Translations under genes and position numbers: made by a program
The notes under the pieces: model-generated
Databases searched by the model: none
The model's input: only the letters and a program-made list of their open reading frames with translations
Told to the model about the DNA's origin: nothing
Origin: Mobula hypostoma
Lineage: Eukaryota
Length of the DNA stretch: 64,000 nucleotides
Assembly: GCF_963921235.1 (NCBI RefSeq)
Contig: NC_086106.1
Location: forward strand, 22,816,001 to 22,880,000
Reading direction: 5' to 3'
Shown: one piece after another, positions 1 to 13,965 of the stretch
How positions within the stretch are numbered: the stretch's first letter is position 1
Layout of the letters: every line of letters starts with the position of its first letter

Positions 1-1218
1 GTTGCCTTACCTCTCACCCTTGCAAACCAAAGTTCCATTTAAACTTTGAATTAGTTTCCTGCACTGGATTGTTTTTTTTTCTTGCCTTTCTCGATTCTTG
101 ACACCACATGGTATCAACGGATAAAACATCATTTATTCCTTGACAAAGCGTTTGAATATGGTTAGAATAAAGAACCAATAAAACTGCCTCTAGAGCTGTG
201 ATATTCCGGGTCACATCAGCATATAACTGCTCATTTCAGACCGTATTTGATGAATATATGTTCATTAAATGTATTAAGGTTGATTACAATAATATCTAGC
301 ATTGCGTTTTGTTGGAATGGTGCATCGATATTTCAGACATCGTACCAGTATCTAAATTCTCCCTGAACTCATGGGTGTTGTCGCGTTTAAAAAAAAATAC
401 GATGATATATGACGATTGGGCCTGCTTGCCTGCAGCGACTAGGAAAGTAGAGTAAACACATGGAAGTATATCAGATAAGGGCGGATAAAACGAAATGTCG
501 TAAAAATACATTCGCAGTACTTGCACATCTTTGATGAAAAGGAAGAAAGTGTACTGTTAAGTTGTGAGAAACAAATTTAAAGGGGAACTGCAACATAAAT
601 GTTTTTTTTTATCTCAATCGACGTGGTTGATATCTCTAACTCACAGTCAGAGATGGTGATGTAAATGGGTGCACATACCGTAGTTTCGATGGGAAATTTG
701 ACAGAAGGTGTATACGGAATGTCGGAAGATGGAATTGAAAAGGATGGCATAAACAAGTTTATCTGTTCATGGTGGGCGGAAGTTGCCCATTTCCTTAAGG
801 TAGTTTGTTTGAACTCTGAGAACCATGACATTTGCTCGTTTCGTTTTTGTACAATGAAATATTGAAACAATCTGAAGCCGACGTAGAATGAAGTAAAAAT
901 ATAGAACATTATGAGTGCAATTTATCACTTCAACATTGTCTGCGATGGTTGGTTTTCCTCCTAAAGACAGCAACAAACCCCTAGCTTTGGACTTTATATA
1001 TATATATAAACAACTCCGTGTTTTCAGTACGAGATCATATGAAGTAATTTCTGATCCTCCCATCTATGCCTTTGGGTCTTACATGCTTCTGAATCTTTTG
1101 ATCTCAGGAACTAATTTATGTGCTGTCTCCTGCGCAGAAACATATTCTTTGTTGCCCTGCTGAGATGGAATAGGGACGAGGGCTCGATAATAGAGGCATT
1201 TGGAAGTTCTTGCAAGAA

Positions 1219-1264
1219 GATAATTATGTTTAGCCTTTTCTGCCATCCCTGCTAATTTATACGG
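1219..1264 (+). pseudogene. Degenerate leader-exon remnant of V1
   Basis: 46-nt stretch ending ...CTG CTA ATT TAT ACG G, homologous to 37465-37510. No ATG at codon 1, an internal TAG, and GA in place of the GT donor. Confidence 0.5.
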
Positions 1265-1403
1265 GATTAATACTTCGGCGTTACATTGTAATCCCAATCT
1301 CTTGGCCCCGCACCGTACCAAACACCACGGTGGGCTTCAAATGCATGCGAGCAGAATATTGATACTCTTTGATTACATTTTCAAATTATGGTGACCATAA
1401 CAG

Positions 1404-1709
1404 GACATTCCCGAGGCGATGCCGTTTCTCAGTCAGTTGCTGTCACCACTGTTGCCGAAGGGGAAGGTGCAGTGCTAAACTGTAACTATAAAACTGCAAG
1501 CACGGACAACCCTGTACTAATCTGGTACCGACTGTATCCGAAGGCTCTCTGGAGTTTCTGCTGTTCCGTACGAAATCCGACGGCCACCGAGAGAATATTC
1601 TCATACAACGTTTCACGGCGCAGCTGCATGATTCGAGCGGAACGGTCCCACTGACAGCATCCGAAATATAGCTTGGAGACACTGCCATTTATTACTGTGC
1701 TCTGGGGCT
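1404..1709 (+). pseudogene. TCR alpha/delta-type V exon (V1), pseudogene
   Basis: Acceptor CAG at 1401-1403, then (G)HSRGDAVSQ...VLNCNYKT...LIWYRLY. A 1-nt deletion near 1538 relative to the paralogue at 37654, in-frame TAG at 1669-1671, and the exon ends GDTAIYYCALG before an RSS. Confidence 0.93.
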
Positions 1710-1748
1710 CACAAGGGTATGGAACTAGTCTGAATCTGGACAATAACT
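1710..1748 (+). promoter_or_regulatory. 23-RSS of V1
   Basis: Heptamer CACAAGG (1710-1716), 23-nt spacer, nonamer ACAATAACT (1740-1748). Confidence 0.88.
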
Positions 1749-2460
1749 ACTTGAGTTATTAAGCGGCAGCTGAATGCAACTGCGGTTTCTGAGCGTCTGT
1801 ATATCCTTGGACGTCCCGACATACACCAAAATAACAATTTATTTGCTGAGATTATTATCCAACAGATAGTGTCACCTTAATCATATTACTGCCCAATCCG
1901 TTCCAATGCGCATCCGGCTACCAACATTTCGCCTAAAATATTCATACGACAAAAGAAACAACAGAACCTTCGTATTTTTTTCTCGCTATTTTGAAGAAGG
2001 GCCGATTTCCCTTGCATCAGTGAGGATGCCCACTATGCGGTAAAATGTTGTTTATTTTCTAGTAAGACTACTACGTTGCAATCTCACGGTTTATGTATTT
2101 TAATATTACTTGCAGTTTTGAATATGTCAATCTATTGCTATATTTGTTTTTACTTCCGAGCTTTTTTTTTGGTTTTGTTTTCAGAGCCTCCTGTGGCTTA
2201 CTAGATAATAGCAACCTAACATTGCCGGATTGGGACACCACAATCTCAAATAAGAAATAGATGGGTGCACTGGTTAAAAACGAAATTGCATTTTAATTTG
2301 CAGCACACCCTTGATAGTACTACAGAGACAATCCATGAATATGCAGTTTACAAAGCAATCGTTACCTGTTGTTTTCTCAAAATTGCGCCTCAATTGTTCA
2401 GCCGAATTTAGGAACAGAGAGATAATGCTGCAGCTATAGAGGACCCTGGTCCGATCCCAC

Positions 2461-3020
2461 TCAGAGTACTATACTCAGTTCTGCTCGCCTCACTACAGGA
2501 AGAATGTGGAAGCCATAAAAAGGGTGTAGAGAGGAATTACAAGGATGCTGCCTGGATTGGGGAGCCTGACTTATGAAAACAGGTTGAGTCAACACGGCCT
2601 TTTCTCCTTTCAGCGAGAGAGGATAAGAGGTGACCTGATAGAAGTGTATAAGATGATGATAGGCATTGATCGTATCGATAGTCGGAGGCTTTTCGTTTTT
2701 TTTTTTTTTCCCCAGGGCTGAAATGGTTCCCACAAGAGAACACAGGTTTAAGGTGTTGGGGAGAGGTACAGAGGAGATGCCAGTGTTTTTTTTTAAATTT
2801 TACTCAGAGAGTGGAGAGTGAGTGGAATGGGCTGCCGGCAACATGGTGGAGGCGGATATGATAGGGTCTTTAAGAGACTTTTGGATAGGTACATGGAGCT
2901 GAGAAAAATAGAGGGCTATTGATAAGTCCACCAACTTCTAAGGTAGGGACATGTTCGGCACAACTTTGTGGGCCAAAGGGCCTGTATTGTGCAGTAGGTT
3001 TTCGATGTTTCTATGTTTGT
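2461..3020 (+). mobile_element. CR1-type LINE 3' fragment
   Basis: RT C-terminal remnant (similar to YCVQFWSPHYRKDV...RRFTRMLPG), 3' UTR and TTCTATG-type tail, shared with other CR1 ends in the window. Confidence 0.85.
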
Positions 3021-4197
3021 ATAAATTACGTAGCTCACATCTCACTTTCAGGAAATAACTTTCACAATACTCATTTACACCATTCAAAAAGAGCCCGAGT
3101 CTCAAGTAACAGAAACTTTGGGGAAAATTTAAAGCCGAATCGGTAACAAGAACAAAGAAAGATATTTGTTGATAAATTATACGCTAATGGCAATGCCTGC
3201 CAAAGTGTCAGTGATATGAAAAGCCGAAATCCCCTGACATGTATACTATGCTATTATATGCAGAGTTCATGCTAACATTACATTATTTTTTATGTAAGTG
3301 AAGTGTTGTCTTCGGGTTATTAGATATGCTATCATCTTAATCTTGACCATTGCGAATTTGAAAGGCTGCTGTACAGCTTTAACAACAATACATTTCAACA
3401 AATTTATCTCCGACTACATCACCACGAAATTGTTCTTAGATTAGTGAAACTATTATTCCTCTTGAATTAGAATCTGATACGTAAATCATTGAGCCCTTCG
3501 GTTCTATGCATTGGATTTGCAAATAGATGTTTTACGTAAAGCTGTTAAGCAGTTTAAAAGATTACCACCTCGCTTCTTGGTAGATCATCTGATTACAAAG
3601 CAACCATTGTCTTCCAAGGCCGTAGCTCTGCCGCTTTCCCCACCAGTCTCCTGCTGGGACCGCCGTTGACCATCGATCGTAACCCCAGCCAAGGGACCCT
3701 TACCAGATGCTACTAGTCGGGTCAGCTGGACCTGGGGAGAATCGCAAGGGAATAATCTACCAGATCCTTCGGACATCTTAAGGCCCTGCTACCTGCTTTT
3801 TGGGAGTTACAATCTTAACTATATATTTTTTTCCCTGGTGGAATGTGGACTGCTATAATCTCAATTGTCGACCGAGTTAATGTTTTTTTTTTACTTCTTT
3901 TCATGTCTCAACATTCTTATCATTTTAATAAAGGCAAACTGCAGATAAGCTTTTTTTCATTTCTCACTAGCTCAAGTGGACATTATGACATTGTAATATT
4001 ATACAGATAGGGAACCATGTTTTAGAGAATAGTTTAAACAGGTGCTTGAGTCTGTAGAACAGTGCTTTCATATGGCTAAACAATTAAGCATAATTGTACG
4101 GAATTAATAAATCCAAAGAAAAAGTCAGCTGCTTAATTAATTGATGCTGGTGTAATTTCAACAGAACATGATCAATTGACTTTACAGTAACCGTGTC

Positions 4198-7100
4198 TGT
4201 ACGAGGACTAACATAAGTTGGTTAATTTACTTGTAAGACGCTCTAAGGTTTCACTGCTAATGTAATTGCCTCTCAGCAATGTCTCACTGCTGATGTAATG
4301 GTTCCTGTGCAGCAGCAATGTTTGGTTTATGACTAAAGATAACGGGGATTTGGAATGTGGAAGCTGTGCAATGAGAGAAATGTTCTTCTTTCTTGTGAGT
4401 CTGGAAGAGAGACTTTCGCGGTCTTTTGCCGGTGAGATCTTAGGAGAGAAGACGCGAATGGCGAGTGCTGGTAGACCGCCAGAGAGAGTGGACTTGGAGT
4501 GAAGGCCGAAGGTCAGGGACAATCGGAGGTCGTCGACGGCGGACAAACGACCTTATCAGTGAGCTCCAAACTTGCTCATTAAGCTATCTCATGAGAATGA
4601 GCCCTTTTCGTTTTTGGTTGTTTTCTTTACATATCATATAGTAAAATTTAAGATTATAAAGCTCAATTTGTTTAATCGCATATTGTGGATTGTTTGTTAT
4701 TTCATCGTACTGATTTGTAACAGGGACACATCGCGCAGCGCCCACCCAAACGAGATTTCTTAAGTTTGGCCAGGCCGGACTATACTAAGCTGAAGCCGAA
4801 CGAGAGTTACAATTATGGGAGCTTGTCCATAAATGATTCCGTCGAAAGCTGTGTGATTTCCCTGACAGTTGTAGGTATTCATTGTCTGGATAAATTGTTA
4901 ATTTGACTGTTAAGTACTGCTAAAGTTGCGATTGTGGGCGGAGGTTTGCTATAATGGCGGACGCAGCTCTCGTTTTAAAGCAGACCAGCGATGAGGTAGG
5001 GGGAGCGGAGGACGGAGATTTCAAAGACGGCGTTCTTTGGTTTCTGAGGAGTGAGGGGAAGGAATGGTCGGAGTTAGAATGTCTAATTAGTCCACGTACC
5101 CTGATGAAGAGTGAGAATTCTGAGTTAGTAAACGCCCTTGCCTCTCTGGCATAAAAAGGGAAAAATCAGACTTAAATTGCCAGTTATGATAGGTTCCGCC
5201 TACTGTCTGGAATAACGCCAAACCCTAAAGGAGAAGAGGGGCATGAGTCTTAGGCGGAGCGTAACTATTAATTCTTAGATGAGTGGCAGTGCTCTGATGA
5301 CGTAAAACGACAGAGACTGTTTGAAAGTTTGAATGGGTGGACAGCTAACGTTGTGCGTGCCGTCGGGTTAAAATATTCCCTAGCAAACGTGAGCGATTAC
5401 CTGTGAGCACTGGAAATCTCTATGGTCCGACAGGAAACCAAATGGAGCTCATGGTGGTGTTTCAGAAACTGCTTCTGGAGAAGGAGTGAAAATGCATGCT
5501 TTTATTTTACAGCTGGAGTGACAGCTAAATTCCTGCAGCGTAGAGTGGTCATTCAAGCGGCTGAGCTGGATCAGTTAAGAATGGACCAGATAGCCAACGG
5601 CGCCCAGTCTCATGAACCCGACTGCTCGAGGTCTCCAACAGGCTCGCAAGACGCCCGACGTTAAACTTTTGCTGAGCTGCTCAGCGGGATGATTCGGGCA
5701 TTTGTACCACTTGGGCAGCGGTCGAAAGGGAAGACATGGCTGCGGTGGAGCAGACGAAACATGCGTCGCTTGGAGCAGAAGAAACAAATCTTATACCTGG
5801 TCACGTCCTCCTCAGACCGACCTCACCGTTGCCAGCTGCTTCTGCCCGAGAAGAATCAGAGAATTGCGTTAAAGTCACTTCATGATGATCCAGACATTCT
5901 GGGCTGGAAAAGAACTATGGATTGCTCAGATACCGGTTTTACAGGCCCAGGATGAAATGCGAGGTCGAGGTCGTGCATTTGATGCATACGGCGGAAGTCG
6001 CTGCTCATGCGGAAAGCTTCCTTGTCCAACTTACAGAGTGCGGGGTCTCTGGACCTGGTGTGTATATATTTCTTGTCAAAAGAACCGGATAACAGCAACA
6101 GGGCAAACGTCTTAGTCATTACGGACGAATATACCAGATATGTTCAGGCTTTACATGCCAAGGACAGAGGGGCACCTACGGTCGCAGAAGTGTTATGGGA
6201 GAAATATATCGTCTATTATGGCAATCTTAGGGGGATACATAGTGATGAGGGACGGGATGTCGAGAGCAGACTCATCTATTAGTTACTGGGCATGCTTGGA
6301 TTCGAGAAGAGCTATCACACGCAGGGTCATCCCCAGTCAGAAAGTTTTAATTGGAGCTTGCTAGACATGCTCGGGACTCTGGATATCAGCAGGAATAGCA
6401 GGTGGAGTCAACACATTGGATAGCTGGTGCACAGTTATAACTGCACTCGAAATGAATCTACTCGGTACACACTATATTACGTGATGTTTGGGCGCAAGAC
6501 GAGGTTGCTCTTTAACCATAGCTTTGGACTAAAGATGGTGACTTACCACTGAAGACTTATCTAATGTATGTATCTGACATGAACATAGCTGTGAAAGGCT
6601 TATGAATCAACTGGCGCCGAGACCGCCAATCAGAATCAAGGGAATAACAGGTGACGTTTTCCCAACTCCGGCCAAGTAAAAAGAGTCCACAGAGGGAATA
6701 TGGGGCTACTGGAAAGTATAAATTTGCTAATCGCTGGGCGGCTACGCCCAGCGTAGTGGAGATTCAGATGTCAAACTTATTAATTTTCCCGGTGAAACCA
6801 ATGTATGTTATGGGCGTGTCAAGGTAATCCATCGGAATCACCTGTTGCCCCAGAGTCAAGAGGTGCAGGTGGACCCAAGCCCGAACTGGAGACTACACAT
6901 AATGAGACGTCTCTGCGGAAATGTGGGGCGACTACAGACCCCCCCAACAAGTCGAGGTTAGGCCGGCTTTCACACCTGAAAGTGTTATTGATCCGGCTGA
7001 TGAGGACACGGCTGGGTGTTATATGCTATATATCGCTAACCTCACATTGACTGAGGAAGAGACTCATTGTCCTTCTCTTATTAAGTAAGGTGAAGTAAGG

Positions 7101-8051
7101 ATGGGGCTATCTGTGTGCAGCCTGGCTTTGGCCTCGGGAGAGAGGGCTCCGATTTACAGGTGGCCACGAAGATGGATTGGGGTAAGCTCCGCCGGGCAGA
7201 CTGGAAATATCCACCATAATGTCTGAACATGAAGAGTTATATGAGTGGGTTCGCGTGTCAGAGATAATTAGAAGTCCACCATATAGGTTGGTCTGCGTAG
7301 CAACAGGGGAAAAGGGTGTAACCCCTTCCATATTGGGGACCTATGTTACTGCATGTTACACGTGGATTGGGCTTTGTGTTTTGCAGGAAGTGTTGGCGAA
7401 TTATCACGACGTCATGAAGACATGACTTAATTTGCTGTGGAGAACGTGTAACACGCTATAAGTTGTCACCGTCAATGTAATGACCTCTGTGTAATGTCTG
7501 TCTGTTAATGTAATGATTGCTCTGCAGTAGCAATGTTTGGTTTATGCGAGAGATTACGGGGCTTTGGAATATGGGAGTTATCCGATGAGTGAAATATAGT
7601 TCTTTCTTGTGAGGCTGTCAGAGGGATTTTCGCAGTCTTTTGCAGGTCAGAGCTGAGGAGGGAAGACATGAATGGAGAGCGTTGCTAGACTGGCGGACGG
7701 AGTGAACTTGAACCGATGGGCGAAGGTGAGGGACGATCGGAGAAGGTTGATTGTGCACGACCGGCTTCGCAGTGAGCTCCAACCTTGCTTATTAGGCTGT
7801 TCAATGACAATGGCCCTTCTATTTTTCTTCTTTTTATTTTTATTTTCTTTACTAACCATAGTGTCATATTACGAATTTTAAAAAAAAAGTTCAATCGTTT
7901 AACCGCATATTATGTACTGTTTGTTATGTCATGGTACTGATTTGTAACAGAGACACATCACGCTGCATCCACCCACATAAAAAATCTTAAATTTGGCCGG
8001 GAAGGGGGCTTCAGCTTAAATATTAAGCCGCTAACCGAACGGAGAGTTACA
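4198..8051 (+). mobile_element. Ty3/Gypsy LTR retrotransposon, internally deleted and degenerate (copy A)
   Basis: Diverged LTRs at ~4198-4811 and 7447-8051, both ending GAGAGTTACA. tRNA-Pro-like PBS TGGGAGCTTGTCC at 4816-4828. PNMA-like gag remnant (KRQRLFESLNG). Integrase core VLVITDEYTRY...IHSDEGRDVES at 6007-6282. No protease, RT or RNase H seen. Confidence 0.88.
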
Positions 8052-8849
8052 TACTTGAAACCCTAAAATAACATCTCATCCATGGAGATCCGTATAACAT
8101 GGTGATTAATGCAGTCTGGATTCTAACAAAGATATTTCTATGAAATCGGTTATAGATAGCCGATTATGCAAAATGTGAATCTTATTTAAGACGACAAACA
8201 TTCTGAACCTGTGTCATAACATGACTGGTATTATATATATGCCAACTGGTATAAGGAAAGACGTAATTGAAAAGCAACCGCCCCCACTTGAAGTCTCGTC
8301 AATTGAAAGTGCGAGGAAATCAATGAAAATGAACTTTACTTCGAATAAAAGGTCCGGATCCATAATCCGAATATACATGGAAGATCATCGGTACTCATTC
8401 AATCCGATACGTCAGGGCATGAAACCTCACAAACAGGAACGTGCTTTCTGAGATTCCTCGTTTCCAGCAGCCCGGATTATTTCTTTATTTTTATTTATTT
8501 ATTTATTTATTTATTGCTTTCTTAAGCGTCTCTTAAGTATCATACTACAGAACTTTTATAAGTCATTTAATCATTTGTTAAATTGAGTACAGTGCGATTA
8601 GCTCTGGGAATACAATTCCTGAAATGTGATAACACATTACCAAGAGTAATTGTTTCTGAGCCCCAGTGTAGCACAAGCCTACTTACCTCTCTAATGCCCC
8701 AATCTGCTTTGTTGCTTGATCTATTAATCCCTAACCGTTTCCTCATTCCACAATACAACCAATTAACCTAACATTGGCAGATCAATGAAGACTGGGCCTA
8801 AGTTATTACCTCCAAATTCACTATGACGCTTTATATCAGAGGAGAGAGA

Positions 8850-9068
8850 GTGAACGTCGACTCAGACCATGAGAGTCCTGCGTCGAGTATTTTCATCCCT
8901 GATAAGGCGCAGATTGGACGTCTGCGCTGGGGCCACTCCTCGCACAGCACCAGAGCACTGTGTGGTTAAGTGCTTTGCTGAAGGAGACAAACACGCTACA
9001 ACAGCTGAGGCTTGAACTAGCGACCTTCGGTCCACTAGACGAAGGCCTTAGTCACTTAGCCACGTGGC
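8850..9068 (-). mobile_element. tRNA-derived SINE
   Basis: Minus strand has A-box-like TGGCTAAGTG and B-box-like GTTCAAGCC, followed by a TCCTTCAGCAAAGCACTTAAC core-like segment. Absent from copy B. Confidence 0.7.
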
Positions 9069-9552
9069 CAACAGTGGCAAAGAGAAATATAGCATAGTAA
9101 TAATTGACCTGAGAAAATTGTAGGAAAAAAATCAGTTCGTATTTTCTTCCTTGAATATCAACATATTCAAGGAGTGGATACCCCCTCTCAGACAGGAAGG
9201 ACAATTTTGCGCTGAGAGATGGAAAAATACCGAAACGAAGGTTCAAGATGCTGAAATTAATCAACTTTGGTTTCAGAGTTTACCAAAGATATTGTTCAAT
9301 GATCATTCAGAACGTCATAAGTATCATTTAGTTAAAGGGTATTATGGCAAAAAAAAAAGCAGGAAAGTTACCTCAACACATTTTATCATTCCGGCTCTAC
9401 TTCATCGTCGAAAACTATGTGAAAACTATGTTTCTTTTATCTATTTGTGCACTTGCAACAACTGAATGTGTTAGCACGTTCTACATTAATAAAAATAAGA
9501 GCTACACTTCAGTTCTCCTTAAGATGTGATCTCCATGTGCTCAGACCTATGC

Positions 9553-10005
9553 TATAATAATAATAATTAGATGATTATAATTATAAAAAAAAATGCCAGG
9601 ATAATCAAGGACACGACCCACCCAGTCAACAGACTTTTCGTCCCTCTTCCCTCTGGGAGAAGATTCAGGAACTTGAAGACTCGTATGGCTAGATATGGAA
9701 ACAGCTTCTTTCCAAATGTGATAAGACTGCTGAATGGATCCTGGCCCGGATCTGGGCCGTACCCTCCAAATATCCGGACCTGCCTCTCGGCTTCTTTTCA
9801 CTACCTTGCTTACCATGTTTCTATTTTCTATTTAGGATTTACATATTTTTTTTTAATATTTACTATGTTTAACTATTTTTAATATGTAATATTTGTAATC
9901 CAGGGAGTGTGAAGCGCAGAATCAAATATCGCTGTGATGATCATACGTTTTAGTACCAATTGTTTGGCGACAATAAATTATAAATTATGAAGTATAAAGT
10001 ATAAT
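9553..10005 (+). mobile_element. Rex1/Babar-like LINE 3' end
   Basis: ARIIKDTTHPVNRLFVPLPSGRRFR...NSFFPNVIRLLN (DUF1891-like C-terminus) and an (ATAAAGT)-type tail. Empty site in copy B near 47850. Confidence 0.8.
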
Positions 10006-10670
10006 ATGTTTTAAGAATGGCCAACTTGGGATAATGTACTTTCCGCTATTTATTTTACCGATATTTTGATATATGTTTCGCACTTCTCTCTGCCGCTCCC
10101 GCGGTTTCAAAGAGAAACAGGGATAACACATCTATTCAGCCCTGGCAGCTGATTTCTTCTAATCAAGAAAACATCCCAGGTAATCGGATTTTTGTTAAAT
10201 GGAGACTAATGATGACGGAGGCAAAAAAAAAACATTACCCGGCTTTTCTTTCTAATTCAATGTTGGTAAAGCCTTAAATTCCAAAGAAGGCCATTCAACC
10301 TGCCCAATGGAGGCATCTGCTCGTTCTGTCACGATCGCAAGGTAATAGAGTATCCACCAAAACTTCTTAGACTTGCTTACGCTCATGTGTATTTTCTGTA
10401 GCGAGATGAAGCTGCCAATATGAATGTTTTCCGTCTTTTTTTTTGTGAGTACACACTCAAGACCAACGAGAACTAAGTTCCAGCTAATGATTTACCTAAT
10501 GACCGGTTATATTCCTCCGAGGCGCCAATGTAGGCGGCAAGTATTGCAGCTCTCATTAAAAGTAATGGAAATCATCATAAATTCTCGCTCACAACATTTT
10601 GTTTGTTCATTTATTATTGTTTTTCTTCTTTTCCTCTCATATTTGAATTTAATTGCTTTATAGATTCTTA

Positions 10671-12211
10671 CAGTGACATGCAAATGTTTAGACATCCCTG
10701 GTCAAAATTTCCGTTACTGTGATAGCAAAGCGAGTAAAAGATAACCTGATTTCCAAAAAGCATAAGGTTAAAGATAACAAATGTCTTCAATATTTTAAGC
10801 AAAATCATTTTTTTTCCACCTTTTACATTTTCAAAATAACGAAAAAAGTGAAAGGGCTCGAAACAAGTGTTTGGGCACCCTGCATTGTCAGTACTTAGTA
10901 ACACCCCCTTTGGTAAGTATCACAGGTTGTAAACACTATCTGTAGCCAGCTAACAGTCTTTCAATTCTTGTTTGGGGGGTTTCCTTGCAAAAGGCTTCTA
11001 GCTCTCTGAGGTTCTTGAGCCGTCATGCATGAACTGCTCTTTTGAGGTCTATCCATAGATTTTCAATGATGTTTAGGTCGGGGGACTGTGAGGGCCACGG
11101 CAAAACTTTCAGCTTGAGCCTCTTGAGGTAGTCCATTGTAGATTTTGTGGTGTGTTTAGGATCATTATCCTGTTGGGGAAGCCATCTTCTTTTCATCTTC
11201 AGCTTTTTTTTTACAGATGGTGTTATATTCCCTTCCAGAATTTGCTGGTATTTAATTGAATTCATTCTTCACTCTACCAGTGAAATGTTCCCTGTGCCAC
11301 TGTCTGCAACACAAGTCAACGCATGATCGATCTACCTCCGTCATAACAGTTGGAGAAGTGTTATTTTCATGAAACTCTGCACCCTCTGTTCTTCAAACAT
11401 ACCTTTTTTCATTGCGGCCAAAAAGTTCTATTATAACTTCATCAGTCCTCAGGATTTTTTTTTCCAAAATGCATCAGGCTTGATTAGATGTCCCTTTGCA
11501 GATTTCTGGCGCTGAATTTTGTCGCAAGGACGGAGGAAAGGTTGTCTTTTGATGACACTTTCATGAATGTCATATTTGTGCAGGTGTCGCTGCACAGAAG
11601 AAAGGCGCATCACCAATCCTGAAGAGGAAGAATCTTCTTGAAGGTCTTTTGCAGTCAAACGGGGCTTTTGATTTGCCTTTCTAGCAGTCCCACGATCAAT
11701 ACTCTAGGAAACTTTTCTTGGTCTTCCAGACCTGAACTGTACCTCCACCGTTCCTTTTAACTGCCAATTCTCTGTTACATTACGAACAGAGGAGACGGCT
11801 CTCTGAAAACACCTTGTTATCTTCTTATAGTCTTTTCCTTTGTGGGCGGAATTTATTTTAATTTTCACAGTCCTAGGCGGCTGCCTAGAGGAGCCTATGG
11901 CTTCAGATTGTTGGGGCAAGTTTTGAGGAGTCAGGGATTTATAAAGTTTCGAATTTGCATCACATCGCCATTCCTAACGATGACTGTGAACAAGCAATAC
12001 CCCTAACAATCCTATTAAGGTCTGAAACTTTGTTAAATTTTATTCGAGAGCTCATATCTATTTGGGCGTCACTAATCTTGTTTAAAATGTTGAAAACAAT
12101 TTTGCAGCTTTAGATTTACTACTTCTGGACATCAGTTCACCTTCTACTCACTTAAATATTCACTGTAACAAAACATTTCACCAGGGCTGCCAAAACTTCT
12201 GTATGCCATTG
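10671..12211 (-). mobile_element. Tc1-family DNA transposon, IR/DR type, degenerate (copy A)
   Basis: TA-flanked inverted ends (CAGTGACATGCAAATGTTTAGACATCCCTGG versus the reverse complement CAATGGCATACAGAAGTTTTGGCAGCCCTGG). Internal direct repeat near 10860. Transposase motifs QDNDPKH and WPSQSPDLNIIENLW at 11023-11265. Confidence 0.93.
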
Positions 12212-12279
12212 TATCTACTTGATGCAACTGAACTCTGTTTTCCATATTAATTTAGTACATCTGTGTAATAAGTGACGTT

Positions 12280-13965
12280 GGAAATGTGTGTATGGAACCG
12301 GAGGAGGTAACGGAGGTATTTAATGACTACCTTGTTTCTGCCTCAGTATTCATGGAAAAGGAACATGGCGATTGTAGGGATTACTTACAATGGATTAAAA
12401 AGCTTGATCTTAGAGACGTTAAGAAAGAGGATATGCTGGAACTTTAGAAAAGCATCAAGTTTGGTAAGTCTCAGGAATCGGAAGAAATGTACCCTAGTCT
12501 ACAATGAGAGGCTAGTGAAGAGATTGCTGAGCCTCTGACAATGATGTTTGCATCATCAATTGGGACGAGAGATATCACGGCCTTTGGCAGGTTGCAGTTG
12601 CGGTTTCCGTTTTCAAGAAATGGAGTAGAGTTAGCGCAGCAAACTAAAGACCATTGAGTCATACTTCAATGGTTGGTAAGTCGGTAGAAAATACTCTGAG
12701 AGGCAGGATTTATGAACGTTTAACGAAGCATAATATTATCAGGCATAGTACGTTTGGTTTTGTCAAAGGTATGTCGTGTCTTACGAGCCGAATTGAACAT
12801 TTTGAGGTTGTGACTAAGCATAGTGCTGAAGATAGAGCAGTAGATATAGTGTAAATGGATTTCAACAAGGCAGTTGGTAAGGTTCCCATGCAAGACTTCA
12901 TTGGGAATTTAAGGAGGCATGGGATGCAAGGGGACCTTGCTTTGTAAATCCAGAAATGCTTCCCCGAAAAGGCAAAGAGCTCGGTGACCAATGGTGTGTC
13001 TCAGCAATCAGTTCGGGAGTCCTACTTTTATTGATTTTCATAAATGAACTTAATGAGGAAGTCAAGGGATGTGTTTGGAAATTTACTAATGACGCAAAGT
13101 TTCAGAGTGTTGTGGATAATGTGTACGGCTGTCAGATGGTACGACGGGACATCGATGGATACAAATCTGCTCTGAGAAGTGGCAGATGGATTTCAAATGT
13201 AGGTGTGCTTCAGGTGGTTCATTTTGAGCGAGCTAATATGCTGGCAGAATATAGTGGGAAGGATCAGAGGGAACCTGGCTTCCGAATCGATAGGACACTC
13301 AAAACTGCTGCGCAGGTTGTCTGTGTGTTTTCGAAGGCATACGATGTATTGACCTTCATCAACATTGGGACTGAGTTTCAGAGCCGAGAGATAATGTTAC
13401 AGCTACATAAGACCATGGTCAGACACCACGGAGTACTTGCACAGTTCTGATGATCATACTAGAGGAAGGATGTGTAAATTATAGAAAGTGTGCAGAGGAG
13501 ATTTACAAGGATGTTACCTAGATTGGGTAGCATAGCTCAGTTTTTATTGAACTCGGCCTTTCCACTTTGAAGAGGTGCGGAATGTGACGTGACCTGAAAC
13601 AATTGTTTATTTTGATTGGAGGCATTGATCGTGTGGATAATCAAAGGCTTTTATTTTCCCTGGGCTGAAACGCCTAACAGAAAATGGAACAGTTTTAATT
13701 GCCTGGACGTAGGTACAGAGGAGAGGTCAGGGGCACGTTTTCTATTTTCTTCGCACAGATTAATGCGTGGTACAGGCTGCCGGCGAATGTGGTGGATACG
13801 TTAGGGCCTTTTAACATATTCCTGGTTAGGAACATAGAGCTAAGAAATCTAGCGGACTATGGTTAACCCCAAGTAATTTCTCGAATAAGCACTTGTCTGC
13901 ATAATCTTGTGGGCCGAAGGGTCTGTATTGTGTTGTAAATGGTCCTATATTTCTATGTTTCGATA
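12280..13965 (+). mobile_element. Degenerate CR1 LINE (RT region to 3' end), copy A
   Basis: Remnants of QHGFVKG.SCLTN, DFNKA...VPH and LLLIFINEL...FTND, plus a CR1 3' UTR. Also present at 50380-52620. Confidence 0.85.

Noticed and set aside
3560-3960. GC-richer island between AT-rich flanks
   Set aside because: Probably a repeat fragment, but I found no termini, target duplication or protein motif to support a call.
10676-11962. Octamer motifs ATGCAAAT/ATTTGCAT
   Set aside because: They lie inside Tc1 terminal regions, far from any V leader.
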